In this document: one piece after another, positions 1 through 10,802 of the stretch
Layout: each line of letters begins with the position of its first letter
Numbering within the stretch: position 1 is the stretch's first letter
Assembly (NCBI GenBank): GCA_977017575.1
Contig: CDRNVI010000029.1
Coordinates: 496,001 to 560,000 of the forward strand
DNA length: 64,000 nucleotides
Direction: 5' to 3'
Source of the DNA: Paramoeba atlantica
Taxonomy: Eukaryota; Protista; Discosea
Position numbers and translations under genes: made by a program
The notes under the pieces: generated by a model
Told to the model about the DNA's origin: nothing
The model's database searches: none
Seen by the model: only the letters and a program-made list of their open reading frames with translations

Positions 1-359
1 TCACTATCTCCTTATCCAACGTTTGCCCATTTTCTTGCCCAACAGAAATGTCCTGGTGTAGCTGGAACGTCAACCAAATAATAACTTTAAGAAATGCTTG
101 TCTCGGTGTCCCTTTGTTCATAGAGACGTTCGTGGTACAAGTAGTATAAGGCTCCTGCTACAAGTAGTACAAGGTTCGTAGTACAAGTTCGTAGTGCTGA
201 TATGAATGTATTACGTGGATGTGGCGGTACAGTATTTCTGTGACGTAGAGTATTGCCTAAGTAGTGGAGTTTTCAAGAGCCTTTTTTGTTTGGGGTAGAG
301 AAAGAGAATACATAGAAAAATAGGCAAATAAACAATTAGACTCTTTTATTCATGCGTAG

Positions 360-2531
360 ATGAAGGTCATTTATCCAGGTGCGCATCATTCGGATTCAAA
401 TTTGTCCTTGTGGACTGAATCTCAAGTTCTTCTGTCGCAAAGCGTGCTGAATTGGTTGACGCCGACGTTGGGCATCACTGCTTTAGATTGTTGTAAGCCA
501 GAATTTTCTGAGTTTAGTAGAGATACGAATGATGATACACGTATTGATGTGTCGCAAGCAGAGACATCATCTTCCTCTTTTTTGGGTAGTAGTAGGTCAA
601 CAAGCTTCTTGCTGTCACGCAAAAAATATCACCTGGACGCAGTATTATCCAAAAGTTGTGGAATAATTCACTCACGAACTCCTTTTTGTCTTGTGAACTG
701 GTGTGTTAGTCCGTGCTGTCTTTTCGATAAAGGCTTTCCGATAGTTCTCATTAATATGCTAAAACCAAATGGTATGGCATTGTGTGCACTTGAATTCGAT
801 AAGGAATTTCAATTAACCACTCTTTGGAACCTTAACTCGAACGATGACGTCAATTTCGGAGCAACGCGTCATTCATTCCGTACAACTTTTGCTCGCCAGA
901 CCTGTTTCACGGGGTCCTGGGAAATGCAACATGGAAGTTCACAAAGGAAATGTTGGAGTATTTATTTGCTTACAACAACTTGGAATCAAATACAGACTTA
1001 CTTAGTTAATCAACATCCTGAAGTTGGTGTATTGTCTTTTACCTTGCAGTATCATCGATGCTTTGAACTCTGGTTAACGTCTCCGCCCACGACTCTTTTC
1101 GAAACCATAGAAAATACAACCGAGCTTTCAAAAATCTGTCTGATAGGATGCACTGATGGTTCGTTATGGCAATATGTTCTTCCTATTAAGCGTAAAGATA
1201 GGCCTCGAATTAAAAGAATTTTGTTACCCGATCCATCATTTCACCTCCCATTAAACAAAGATGAAATTTGTTATTCAAAATATGTTACTGCTGAGCTTGA
1301 TATACAGGAAATATGGATGAGTGATTTCAATCCTCCTCGAAGCCTTCCGTTGTTTACTTATTGTGTCCGTCACTATGACCAGCAACGCCTGAAAGTTGTG
1401 AGTTGGACAGTAGTTGTATATTCCAGTGTTCTCGTCTGGACAAAAGATACAAAGAAACGTTTAACGCCCCGACGAAGTGTATCGAATGACTACAAACAAG
1501 CAAGAAAGTGTGTGGCACAACCACTTTGCAAAACTTTCGCTGCCGAATGCGTCCGTGCAGCTGGTCTCACAGACTTCGGCCATTCTGTGACTATTATGAC
1601 GGCCACCCGTATATTACGGTTTGAGCCGCCTCGCAAGCAGTGTTGTGCAACTCAAAGTACGTTGCGATCTACAGAATACGTTCTAGTGAATCCAACTCTT
1701 CTCCACGAAGGAAATATGTATCCTAAGAAAGGACTTCCAACACTGTCGGGTCTGGAGGAAAACAAAAATATTTATGAATTCTACGAAAATTCTCATTCAC
1801 TATCCGGAGAATTGGGTACGGCAAATATCACAGAGCCCCCTGCTACGAATGATCATGATGGGTCAATTAATTTGAAATCGACGTGGATTTCATCCTCATT
1901 TCCGCATTCCATTTCGGTTTCCCCGACATTCAGCCGCGTCGCGCTTTACTTTTATGCATCAAAAACAAATGCAGACAAGGTATTTAGTTCTGATCATTTA
2001 TGGACGGCAGAAGCCAATGCCGCAACTTCTAGTTCCTTCACTTCATCCCTATCGCAGCAGTGGAGGCACTGTGAAGCTGCTGACATGAAACTTGCATCAA
2101 CAGTAATATATTATTTGCATTCAGATTTGCATTTACGCGTAGATAGGAAGTATATGTGCGACCTAGTTCAGTCATTTTCATCTACGCCGTGGCTCAGGGA
2201 AGATCTTGTAAGATGGGCCTACGGCGTTGGTATAACTCTAGAAAGTCTAGGATTGCGCACAGCACATGAGCAGCCGTGCATTTCACAAGCGCAGTGCTGC
2301 ATATTTTGCGGTTCTATCGCGAAACCAATATTCGAAGATGCCTCCTTGCGTTACCTATTCAGGTGCGAAAGGTTTCATGATTTTGCGGTGTGTGCTTTTA
2401 CAGGGAAATTGCTTAGCCCCAGTCATGAAACCATCTATTGTGAGTTTTGCAGGACAAGTGTACAGATAAGCCAATGTGTTGGATTCTTGGCAAGTATTTG
2501 CATTCGGTGCCAACGTCCTCGACTATGTTAG
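360..2531 (+). CDS. 723-aa protein with C-terminal Cys/His zinc cluster, TFIIIC90/tau60 (GTF3C4)-like candidate
   Basis: Long ORF. The C-terminus CIFC-x-CERFHDFAVCAFTGKLL-x-CEFC-x-CIRC follows the CxxC/CxxxHxFxxCxxT/CxxC/CxxC layout of the zf-TFIIIC domain. The upstream part is beta-rich with WD-like fragments (IGCTDGSLWQY). Confidence 0.45.
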   Translation: MKVIYPGAHHSDSNLSLWTESQVLLSQSVLNWLTPTLGITALDCCKPEFSEFSRDTNDDTRIDVSQAETSSSSFLGSSRSTSFLLSRKKYHLDAVLSKSCGIIHSRTPFCLVNWCVSPCCLFDKGFPIVLINMLKPNGMALCALEFDKEFQLTTLWNLNSNDDVNFGATRHSFRTTFARQTCFTGSWEMQHGSSQRKCWSIYLLTTTWNQIQTYLVNQHPEVGVLSFTLQYHRCFELWLTSPPTTLFETIENTTELSKICLIGCTDGSLWQYVLPIKRKDRPRIKRILLPDPSFHLPLNKDEICYSKYVTAELDIQEIWMSDFNPPRSLPLFTYCVRHYDQQRLKVVSWTVVVYSSVLVWTKDTKKRLTPRRSVSNDYKQARKCVAQPLCKTFAAECVRAAGLTDFGHSVTIMTATRILRFEPPRKQCCATQSTLRSTEYVLVNPTLLHEGNMYPKKGLPTLSGLEENKNIYEFYENSHSLSGELGTANITEPPATNDHDGSINLKSTWISSSFPHSISVSPTFSRVALYFYASKTNADKVFSSDHLWTAEANAATSSSFTSSLSQQWRHCEAADMKLASTVIYYLHSDLHLRVDRKYMCDLVQSFSSTPWLREDLVRWAYGVGITLESLGLRTAHEQPCISQAQCCIFCGSIAKPIFEDASLRYLFRCERFHDFAVCAFTGKLLSPSHETIYCEFCRTSVQISQCVGFLASICIRCQRPRLC

Positions 2532-2749
2532 TTCGATTACCTATTTTACATTTCTAATGCTCCCAGAATGCTTTCATTGCTCGTCTTAACCTCGAATATG
2601 CTAAAAAAGCGCTTTTTCTCCGTTTTTGTTTCCATCGCTGTCCTTTCCACAGCAGTGATCCCCAGTCACAGCGATCCCCAAATGATGCCCCTGTGTTCCT
2701 TAACAACCTATGTTCCTTTAAGGCGCTTAGGCGTTGATTTGGTGCAATT

Positions 2750-3292
2750 TAACACACTACGCTTATGACTTCCTCTTTTTTGCGGCCCAAAAGAAGAGGC
2801 AAGCCTATGAATGGAGACTTTTCTTTTCTGACCTCTCGGAGGGGGTGGTGAGGGAATCTTTACGTGAAATGGGTGGATTCTTGTTCGCTTTTTACCCGTA
2901 AAAGTTGATGGAAGGGGAAGAGGGGAAGATTAAATCAGTAGAAGGTCGCATTTTTATATTATTTTTATAACATGCTTCTTTTCTTCTTCGGGCTCGTGCT
3001 AGACCGCTTAACTATGATGTTATGAGAGACGAAATTGAACAATAGCACTTTGTTAGTAAAGTAGCACTTTGTTTTTCGGTGTTTGTATGAGAAAAGACAT
3101 TAAAGAACCGTATTTTTTGAACCTTCGGCTCAATAGGCCCCTATTAGGGGGTCTCTGCGAAAAAGAAGGGGCAAAGCTCCGCGCTACGAAAATGAGATCT
3201 ATCAAATGTGCATATCTAATGTACCAAAAATGAGCTAAAACGGACAAGAAATCACATTTTTCTAGGGGGTCCTAGAACTTATGGGGGTTCTA
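2750..3292. mobile_element. Degenerate MITE, family B (related to 60754-61668)
   Basis: 3170-3250 (GGCAAAGCTCCGCGCTACGAAAATGAGATCT...CAAAAATGAGCTAAAACGGACAA) aligns with the family-B internal module at 61363-61430. It ends GGGGGTTC|TA about 63 nt after the core, as in the 61.6-kb copy. The left end near 2750 is only weakly similar. Confidence 0.45.
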
Positions 3293-3397
3293 CGGTCGTC
3301 ACTGTATTATTATCCATTTTACGTATGATAGATGAAACCCCTATTTTGCATTCGCTAATGTCCTAAAAACATCACAATCATTCATCACAAATCATTC

Positions 3398-5254
3398 ATG
3401 ATGAGTCTGAGATATAGTAAAGTGTTAACGCTATTAGCTTTCCACTTATTGAGCCAGCAATGCGCTACTACATTATCGAAATCTTCTGAAGTATTCAAAA
3501 AAGAGCGTCTGGACCAGCAAAGCTTTGGAGGGTTACGTCGCAGTTCACCCTCTGGACCAAATACCTTATTACATTGGGCGTACAATTTTCCGCTCCAAAT
3601 GACTAAGTCATTTCAATTGTGGGATCCGGCTGAGAACGTGTACTGGGATCCGGATGAATCGGAATGGTGGTATCCATTGAGGCAATGTTTCTACTACGTA
3701 GTATCTTTGTTTCCAGATCTAATACTTCACATTGTTTCTTCCGTAACGGAGTCCGAAACGGAGGTAAGCGACCCTCATTGCGAAGGTGATCCTGCATACA
3801 ATCAAGGAAATTCGTCTACGCTCAACGCACACACTTTCCACACATGTGACAAGACGAATGCGCAAACCAGAAATGGTCTTGCGTGTACGCACAAATTGGA
3901 AAAGAAGCGAATCCGTCCTCTAAATCGCGCTGACTATTTGGGTGGAAATTTATCCTCCGACGTACCAAGTTCTAATCTACTTCCGGAACAACTTGCTTCC
4001 TTACAGGACTTCACTGTACCGAAAGAATTCATTACATTTACGCCGATGCAGAAACGTCTACTTCGATCCAGGACACAAACTGAGTTTGAAGTAGAGTCGA
4101 AGTCATCATTCTTACCCTCGCGGATATTTTGGTACAAAAGATGGAATATCTGTCGCCTCCGCCCCATGATTATGAAGATTAAGGTGGGCGGGTATGTGGG
4201 TGGAACGGCAGAGAATTTGACTATAGTGCGCGACGAGTCAAACTTTCAAACACGGCCCGGGAGTGGAATATATATTAACAATCCTTTTCATGACGACGGC
4301 AACGAGAAAGGGATGCAAATTTGGTTGCAGAACAGCAACCTACCGGCTTCCAAGGCAACCCAAGATTGGCCCTTACGACTAGTGATAGGCGGGATTCGAC
4401 TTTATATTCACAATGCTTTGAAGGTAGCCTTCCAGCAGGACACAGGATGTGATGCACTGGAATTACCTGACCTCTCCAATCGTATTTTCTTCGACATAAG
4501 CGGTTCGATATTATTAGACGATCGTGAAATCGAATTGCGGGAGCATACATCACTACGCCAGTCACTTCAAGTGTTCTTTGAAGCGGCAGAGCAGCGTACT
4601 GGTTTGTATCACAAGCTATACGATCAACTGTGCGTCGCCTTAATGGACTCGGATAAGAAGCTGGGGGGATATTATTCTCACGCAGCCCCCATTCTTAACA
4701 TAATAGACTCACTAGAGCGGACGAATCAAGCTGAACTAGCACTTCTGGAGTCTCTTATTTGCACTGTACATCTAACTACAGAAGATTTCGCCATTATGCC
4801 CTACCCAGAGGATGAAGAAACGCAATCAACGCACGCGGACGCCCACTCCAATCGGTACTATACGGTTTTCTGTCCGTGTGATTCTTCTCATTCACGTGCC
4901 GTGTTCGGAAACGAGTGCATCATAATGGCCGCCATTGATAATGTTCCTCGCATTATTTTTGTGGAGACAGGAGAAACAATGGATTCTACGGCTGCTTCGC
5001 CTTTGCGTTTACCCATTAAAGGAGATTTGTTGCGGGTTTCGTACTACACCCGCGCACCTTGCACTGAGACGACCCATAAGTTGTCTTTTCACAATTCAGC
5101 GAAGTCAGGGGACCCAGGGAAACCGATCCACAAGCTGCGTCCTGTCCCCAACAAGGGAGACTTATTGCAGTGTGTCTGCAGCGTACACGAACAATCTTAC
5201 TATTCCGAGTTACAGCGTCTGCTTGGTACAAGGTATTGTCCTGTTGCGGTATAG
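3398..5254 (+). CDS. Hypothetical 618-aa protein with probable signal peptide
   Basis: Long ORF with a hydrophobic N-terminus (VLTLLAFHLLSQQCA). No firmly recognised domain; weak 2OG-Fe(II)-like motifs near the C-terminus. Confidence 0.7.
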   Translation: MMSLRYSKVLTLLAFHLLSQQCATTLSKSSEVFKKERLDQQSFGGLRRSSPSGPNTLLHWAYNFPLQMTKSFQLWDPAENVYWDPDESEWWYPLRQCFYYVVSLFPDLILHIVSSVTESETEVSDPHCEGDPAYNQGNSSTLNAHTFHTCDKTNAQTRNGLACTHKLEKKRIRPLNRADYLGGNLSSDVPSSNLLPEQLASLQDFTVPKEFITFTPMQKRLLRSRTQTEFEVESKSSFLPSRIFWYKRWNICRLRPMIMKIKVGGYVGGTAENLTIVRDESNFQTRPGSGIYINNPFHDDGNEKGMQIWLQNSNLPASKATQDWPLRLVIGGIRLYIHNALKVAFQQDTGCDALELPDLSNRIFFDISGSILLDDREIELREHTSLRQSLQVFFEAAEQRTGLYHKLYDQLCVALMDSDKKLGGYYSHAAPILNIIDSLERTNQAELALLESLICTVHLTTEDFAIMPYPEDEETQSTHADAHSNRYYTVFCPCDSSHSRAVFGNECIIMAAIDNVPRIIFVETGETMDSTAASPLRLPIKGDLLRVSYYTRAPCTETTHKLSFHNSAKSGDPGKPIHKLRPVPNKGDLLQCVCSVHEQSYYSELQRLLGTRYCPVAV

Positions 5255-5660
5255 CTGTACGGAAGTCTTAGTGCATAGTTGATGGCACTACAGCCTTTGT
5301 ACCGGAGGAAGACGCAAGCTACGGTAAGTTTATTTTCCCTGTGTGACAGTATTTCCTGTTATAGATTTCCCGAAGGCAATGAAAAAGTAACGTTTGAAAG
5401 GTTACTCCGCTTCATTATATTGGTTCTTCGTACCAATGGGAGATTACAGAGGGGGGTCAGTTCGATCTGGGAGGGGTCTAAAAATTTTAATACTTGGCCA
5501 TTTTTCGAAAATAATAGCGCATTCGGGGGAGGAAGACCTTTTCGTCCTCCCTTTCAGAGGGAGGAAGACCTTTTCGTTTGAAAGGGCGTATTTTTTTTTG
5601 AATTTTAAGGGTGAAAATGTAGTAATCAGGCTTTCAAATGTATGTATTTTGTATTTTTTG

Positions 5661-5779
5661 TTCCGTTTCTTAACGCGCAAACTCTTTGTGTTGAGATCTA
5701 TAAACTGCTACAAAAATTAGCTCAAGCAAGCGAAGCATTGAGATTTTGGAGGGGGTGCCTTATTTCGGTCAGGGGTTTA
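5661..5779. mobile_element. Family-B MITE right end nested in the left TIR of the Tc1 relic
   Basis: TAACGCGCAAACTCTTTGTGTTG...AGCTCAA...GAGGGGGTG...GGGGTT|TA aligns with 61561-61670. Confidence 0.7.
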
Positions 5780-5796
5780 TATCGTTTCCCGTATAA

Positions 5797-6807
5797 TTAG
5801 CAGTATATTAGCAGTATGGTAAGAGGGCCAAAAACGTCAATTGCATATCTTTTAATAAATTTCACTTTTTTGGCATAAAATTGAGCAGACGAACCTAGTA
5901 CACAGTGCCCCCCATCCTTCTCTATAACAATCCTCATTCTGTTTGGCACACTTTTTAATATGCGTTCAACGAAACCAACTTCACTAAGCAGCCCACTGTA
6001 CGAAGCTGTGATGGATTCTTTCAATAAATCACGGTTCAATGGATTTTTCCTGCACTTTATGACATCCACCATTGACCATAAATTTTCGATAGGAGTCATG
6101 TCTGGAGATTTGGGTGGACAATCCAGCATTCTGACCCTGTTATCCTTGAAATGAGTACGTGCTTTGTTGTGTACAGTTGAGTTGTCCATTACAGCAGCAG
6201 CTAGACGATGGCGGTTAACAAATGAAAGAATTCCCCCCCCCTCTTTGTCAAAGCCTTCTTAAAATCTTCCCCCTTCACAGATGAATCTCCATCGATGTGG
6301 ATGAACCACCCATACCTAAGACTAACCCCCATCCATACCATAATACCCTTTCCCCCACCCAACGATCCATTCCAGGGGTCGCAGAATATTTCTCGACGTC
6401 GCCTTCGCGGCCAGTGAAAGTTTGACTCCCGCGGCAACTGCACCGAAAAAGCTTCTGATCACACCAAATGATGTGCGAGAGTTCTTGTTCGGTCCAAGTT
6501 ACCATCTCTTGGGCGAAGTATAAACGTTTAAGTTTATGCCTCTCCGTTAGATAGGGCTTCTTACTGAACCTTTGAACTCCAACACCGTGTTTCCTAAGTA
6601 AACGCCGAATTTGAGAGTTTGTTTGGAACACTGGATCCCAGCCTTGTGAAGATCACTCAGGATGAAATTCCAGGATGGACATGGGCTATTCCTGCTAAGA
6701 TGCACATAAACTTGTAGAGCTGTTTCCAGCAAATTCGACAGTGCTTTCTTGCACATAAAATTTTCGAGCTGCTTCAGAAAATGACCCTGTTTTCTCGAAA
6801 TCTTCAA
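5797..6807 (-). pseudogene. Frameshifted Tc1-type DDE transposase
   Basis: Four consecutive minus-strand segments: HTH region (DLHKAGIQCSKQT); IRRLLRKHG...KKPYLTERHKLKRLYFAQ...IIWCDQ (first D); GGGKGIMVWMGVS; MDNSTVH...CPPKSPDMTPIENLW...GGH (second D and E). Three frameshifts. Confidence 0.9.
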
Positions 6808-7510
6808 CTAACAGCATTCTGTGTGTCAGTTTTGTTTTTTTTAGGGGTGAGAAATGGGTCCCAGAGAATTTCCCTCAAGAAGAACGCGGATGAACCCTTT
6901 TTCCCAATTCCCAGATTCAGGCGGCGGTACACGTCGAGGTACCGTCGCGGTATTAGGGGGTAGGCTTCCGGTGGGCCTAGGGGGGTGCACACCAATTCCT
7001 ATTCTCTTTTGAAGAACACAATAATCCAAGAATAATTATTTTTTTGACAATACGCGTTTTAATTAAGAATGCGGGAAACGATGTACATCTGTATATTCCA
7101 CCAGAGAGCTATACGAGAGCTCTCGAATGCGCTATTATTTTCTAAAATTGGCCAAGCTATACGAATTTTAGACCCCCCAGATGTAGCTCATCGCCCCCTT
7201 TATCTCCCGGTCGGACGAATTGTAATCTTCGTAGGTGTCCTGGAAATATTTCAAATAACGCTTTATGTAACTTAAAACGCACATAAATATTTTCATACGG
7301 AGACTAGGAAACCCCCAAGAACTGAGGTTACGCGCATTCTGCGTTCACTTAACCGTACTTCTGCGGTATGTGTTGTTATACCGTATTAATGATATTTACG
7401 GTAAGGATGCGACGAAATATGATGAGCAACAAAAGGGACATAAAGTCACATGTACGTAGTGTGTAGCCCCTGTGTAGTCGTATTTTACGTTATTTCAGAT
7501 TTTCGATACA

Positions 7511-8008
7511 ATGTCACGCCTATGGGACCCATTGCAGGAGTTCGACGAGCTTCGACGACTTTTTAGCAACGACTTATGGAGTTTTCCTGGATTAAAGGGT
7601 AGCCCAACAAGCGGAATTCCTGGTTTCTACATGGCCTCGACCAGCACGAATTGGGCACCACAGGTAGACCTTATTGAGTCCTCCGAGCGTTTTTCACTCT
7701 CCGCCGACTTACCCGGCGTGCGTAAAACCGACATGCAGATCAATGCTTCAGAAAATCAAATTTGTGTGAGCGGGAAGCGACAATGGAGCGCGATACAAAC
7801 TGAGGATGAAAAGGATAAAAGTGAGGCAAACTATTTATGCCGGGAAAGAAGACCTGGTGAGTTTCAACGCTGTTTCATCTTGCCCAGTAAGATCAAAGAA
7901 AATGAAGTGGAGGCTCGCCTGCTTGATGGGGTTTTGGAAGTAGTTATGGAGAAACAAGTATCTGGAGATTCCTGGAGCTCCGGAATGTCTCCTGTCAAAT
8001 TACAGTAA
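7511..8008 (+). CDS. HSP20: Small heat-shock protein (alpha-crystallin domain)
   Basis: WAPQVDLIES...ADLPGV...SGKR...RERRPGEFQRCFILP...DGVLEV. Confidence 0.93.
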   Translation: MSRLWDPLQEFDELRRLFSNDLWSFPGLKGSPTSGIPGFYMASTSTNWAPQVDLIESSERFSLSADLPGVRKTDMQINASENQICVSGKRQWSAIQTEDEKDKSEANYLCRERRPGEFQRCFILPSKIKENEVEARLLDGVLEVVMEKQVSGDSWSSGMSPVKLQ

Positions 8009-8472
8009 AATTGCTCATTTGTCCGTTTTTGATGCATGCCACAAGGATTTTTTCGAGTTTGCTTTCTTCTTCCGAAGTTTTCCGAGAAGCGGGATTTTTT
8101 TCTCCATCATGCACCGCATAGTTATTTGCGGTCGAGATTAACTCAAAAAGGCGGTATGCGGTACATACACGTATGGAGGTGCCAAACTTTGTCGATTTGT
8201 CCAGCATTATTCTACAATTTACATTTCAGAAAATGTTTTTGAATACTTGAGTTATTGCTATGTGTCAATCTTCCGTTAAAAATGACGAAGAATCGGTTTC
8301 GTGAGAGATTATTAAGTCCACCATGTACATACAATGTGGTACCATCATGCTGCAAATGCGTTCCTCAAAGTACTTGATTATTCTTTACGCCCTATTGAAA
8401 GTCAAAGATTGTTGCTGTATTAAATTGATCATATTGTTATTGTTTTTACTTTAAAAAACGTTTTTTTAGAAT

Positions 8473-8955
8473 ATGTTGATGCGACCTTCATGTCTTAAAT
8501 TGCATCGACACACAGTCGCATCTATACCGGCCTATCATAAAATGTCTCGAATACCCGGCAAGTGGCATCCACGTGAAGGACCCCCGGGGGACACCCTCGC
8601 TCGACGGATTTATTTTTATCACAGAGTGTTAATGGCTCGCATCGGAAACCTTACTGCTGTAGTAAAAACACCACGAAGTAGATACTTGTTTCGCAAAATG
8701 CAAGCACGTCTCTTCAAGTTCACATCCTTAACTCTTGCTCTTTTCTGTGTCTTCACTTTTGGGTGTCTCTGGATGATTGTTGCGTACAACGCATTCGCGG
8801 CCGGTCCCCCTACTGCTATTCTGCAGAAGAAAACTCGGGAGCATCGCGTTTCCAAACAAATTATGACAATGGTCAGAGAACGCGAGGCCGACCTTGCACA
8901 GAAACAGCACGAAACAGAAGCCCGACAAATTATTGAACAAAGGACAAATCTTTGA
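8473..8955 (+). CDS. Hypothetical single-TM protein, probably mitochondrial
   Basis: Basic N-terminus, one hydrophobic segment (LTLALFCVFTFGCLWMIVAYNAF), coiled-coil-like C-terminus. Confidence 0.65.
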   Translation: MLMRPSCLKLHRHTVASIPAYHKMSRIPGKWHPREGPPGDTLARRIYFYHRVLMARIGNLTAVVKTPRSRYLFRKMQARLFKFTSLTLALFCVFTFGCLWMIVAYNAFAAGPPTAILQKKTREHRVSKQIMTMVREREADLAQKQHETEARQIIEQRTNL

Positions 8956-9223
8956 TAATATTCCTTTTGGTATTACAGTCCCTTTAAAAAAACATTATAA
9001 TATCAGTACAGTAGTTTCAAGGCTTTTTTCCGTATGTATTTGTGCATTAGAAGGGGTAAAATTGCGTTATATTTTGTATTTTTGGTATTTTAAATTTTTG
9101 TAGCGTATCAAATAGAAAAATGTCTACGTCGCTAGACGCAAACAGTATAAAAACTACTGGCACCTTTTGCTCTCCCAAAAAATCGACTAATTTGTTGAAA
9201 GGTAGAAATTGATTTTCTGGATC

Positions 9224-10510
9224 ATGTTGAAAAACGAGCGATCCTGTGACTTTGATGAGCTCAAAAAATCTATTAGCTGTCTAAACTGCCGTTTGAATGA
9301 AGTGGGGGGAGCTGTTTCGAGTTATACAATCTACTTATCTGACACTGATGTCGGAGATGTTTCCTGTACAGCAAGTACAAAAGAAATAAGAGAATCAAAT
9401 AAAGAATCCCCAACAAGTTTGATAGGAATAGAAAGGAAAGGATCTCTCATAGAATATTTTTCTCAAGAGTTTCCATCCTTCCAACATTACAAGTGCGTAC
9501 AGCGCCCATTTGGTATCGAAATAGACGGCAATGGAAAACCGCCTGCGGTACGTCTCGCAGTGTGCTTTCTCAAGGGTCGATACCGCAAGCATGATAGGTC
9601 CCTACCACAATCTCCTTGGTTTCTTCCTACCGGTGAACGCGTGGGGAAATTGTCCGTTCAAGAACATCTAATGAAGGAAATCATTTCCTTGTTTTATAGA
9701 CACCCCTCACATTATCAAAGTATGATTTCCTCTTCAGACTTACCATCGACCATAGTTGAAGAATCGCTAGCTTGCGAAACTGTGTATGAGCCACGGCGTT
9801 GTCAAACTGAAATATCGTCCTTAAAGTCGGTCGATACTTTCAATTTGAGCGACGCATCAAAGTTTTCTTCGTCTGGTCGAGAAGATGTTGACGTTCGAAT
9901 GTTGGGCAACGGGCGACCGTTTCTCCTTCAAATGTTTGGAGTTACATCCATACCGACAAAGAGCTATTTACGAAATGTAGCACTCCGAATAGGGCCCGAG
10001 GTTGAAGCCATAAATCTAGAAATGGCACATCCTTCCGTGTGTAATGAACTTTTGGCTGGTGAAAAAGAAAAGAAAAAGTCCTATCGAGCCGTCGTATATT
10101 TCAAAGACCTACTCAGAAGCGTCGGTATAGAAGAAAATGAACTAGCCGACGTGAAGGCCGAACTTCCTTGTTGGCACGAGGAACAAGCAACGGTTCCAGA
10201 ATTTGCGTGTAGAATTCTTCCTGAGAAGGTCAAACTCATGAATCGTATGCGCAATATTGAGGTAAAACAAAGTACGCCCGTTAGGGTTTTGCATCGGCGT
10301 GCACCATTAGTCCGGAGCAAGATTATACACTGCCTACACCTACGTATTTTAAATCCGTGCTTCGGCTTGCTAGACCTGACGACCTCTCCGGGCACATACG
10401 TAAAAGAATTTGTTACCGGAGATCATGGTCGCACAATGCCTTCTCTTGGCGATCTTATGGGCACTGCGTGCGACATCGTGCAGCTTGATGTTACCGAAGT
10501 TCATATGTAG
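9224..10510 (+). CDS. PUS10: tRNA pseudouridine synthase Pus10
   Basis: GRYRKHDRSLPQSPW, SSGREDVDVRMLGNGRPF (catalytic Asp), QSTPVRVLHRR, GTYVKEFVTGDHGRT. The first ATG is at 9224. Confidence 0.95.
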   Translation: MLKNERSCDFDELKKSISCLNCRLNEVGGAVSSYTIYLSDTDVGDVSCTASTKEIRESNKESPTSLIGIERKGSLIEYFSQEFPSFQHYKCVQRPFGIEIDGNGKPPAVRLAVCFLKGRYRKHDRSLPQSPWFLPTGERVGKLSVQEHLMKEIISLFYRHPSHYQSMISSSDLPSTIVEESLACETVYEPRRCQTEISSLKSVDTFNLSDASKFSSSGREDVDVRMLGNGRPFLLQMFGVTSIPTKSYLRNVALRIGPEVEAINLEMAHPSVCNELLAGEKEKKKSYRAVVYFKDLLRSVGIEENELADVKAELPCWHEEQATVPEFACRILPEKVKLMNRMRNIEVKQSTPVRVLHRRAPLVRSKIIHCLHLRILNPCFGLLDLTTSPGTYVKEFVTGDHGRTMPSLGDLMGTACDIVQLDVTEVHM

Positions 10511-10802
10511 AAATTATTTACTACATACAATAATTTACTGCATACAATTTTTCCAACACTGTTTAATATACTTTTAATGTACTGTTTAATATAAAAATTG
10601 ATATAACAGTATTTGTCTTGGTTAGTCAGCCAGTGCGTTTCATAGCGTTTTATGGTCAAGAATTTGTAAATTTATTATCCGGGACGGCGATCATACGAAG
10701 TTGTGCTTTGTTTTCGACCTACTACCAGTATATCACTTATGCTCGCAAACTGGTTTTGAAGCCCCTTCACTATTCTCCTATTCCAGGGAACGATACATGC
10801 AT

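Larger units (their letters stand above)
5430..7215 (-). mobile_element. Decayed Tc1/mariner-superfamily DNA transposon with long degenerate TIRs
   Basis: Transposase relic flanked by inverted repeats. 5465-5525 matches the reverse complement of 7124-7182 (GAAAATAATAGCGCATTCG 19/19, CTTGGCCA 8/8), and 5781-5791 matches 7072-7082 (ATCGTTTCCCG 11/11). The exact outer ends are not resolved. Confidence 0.8.
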
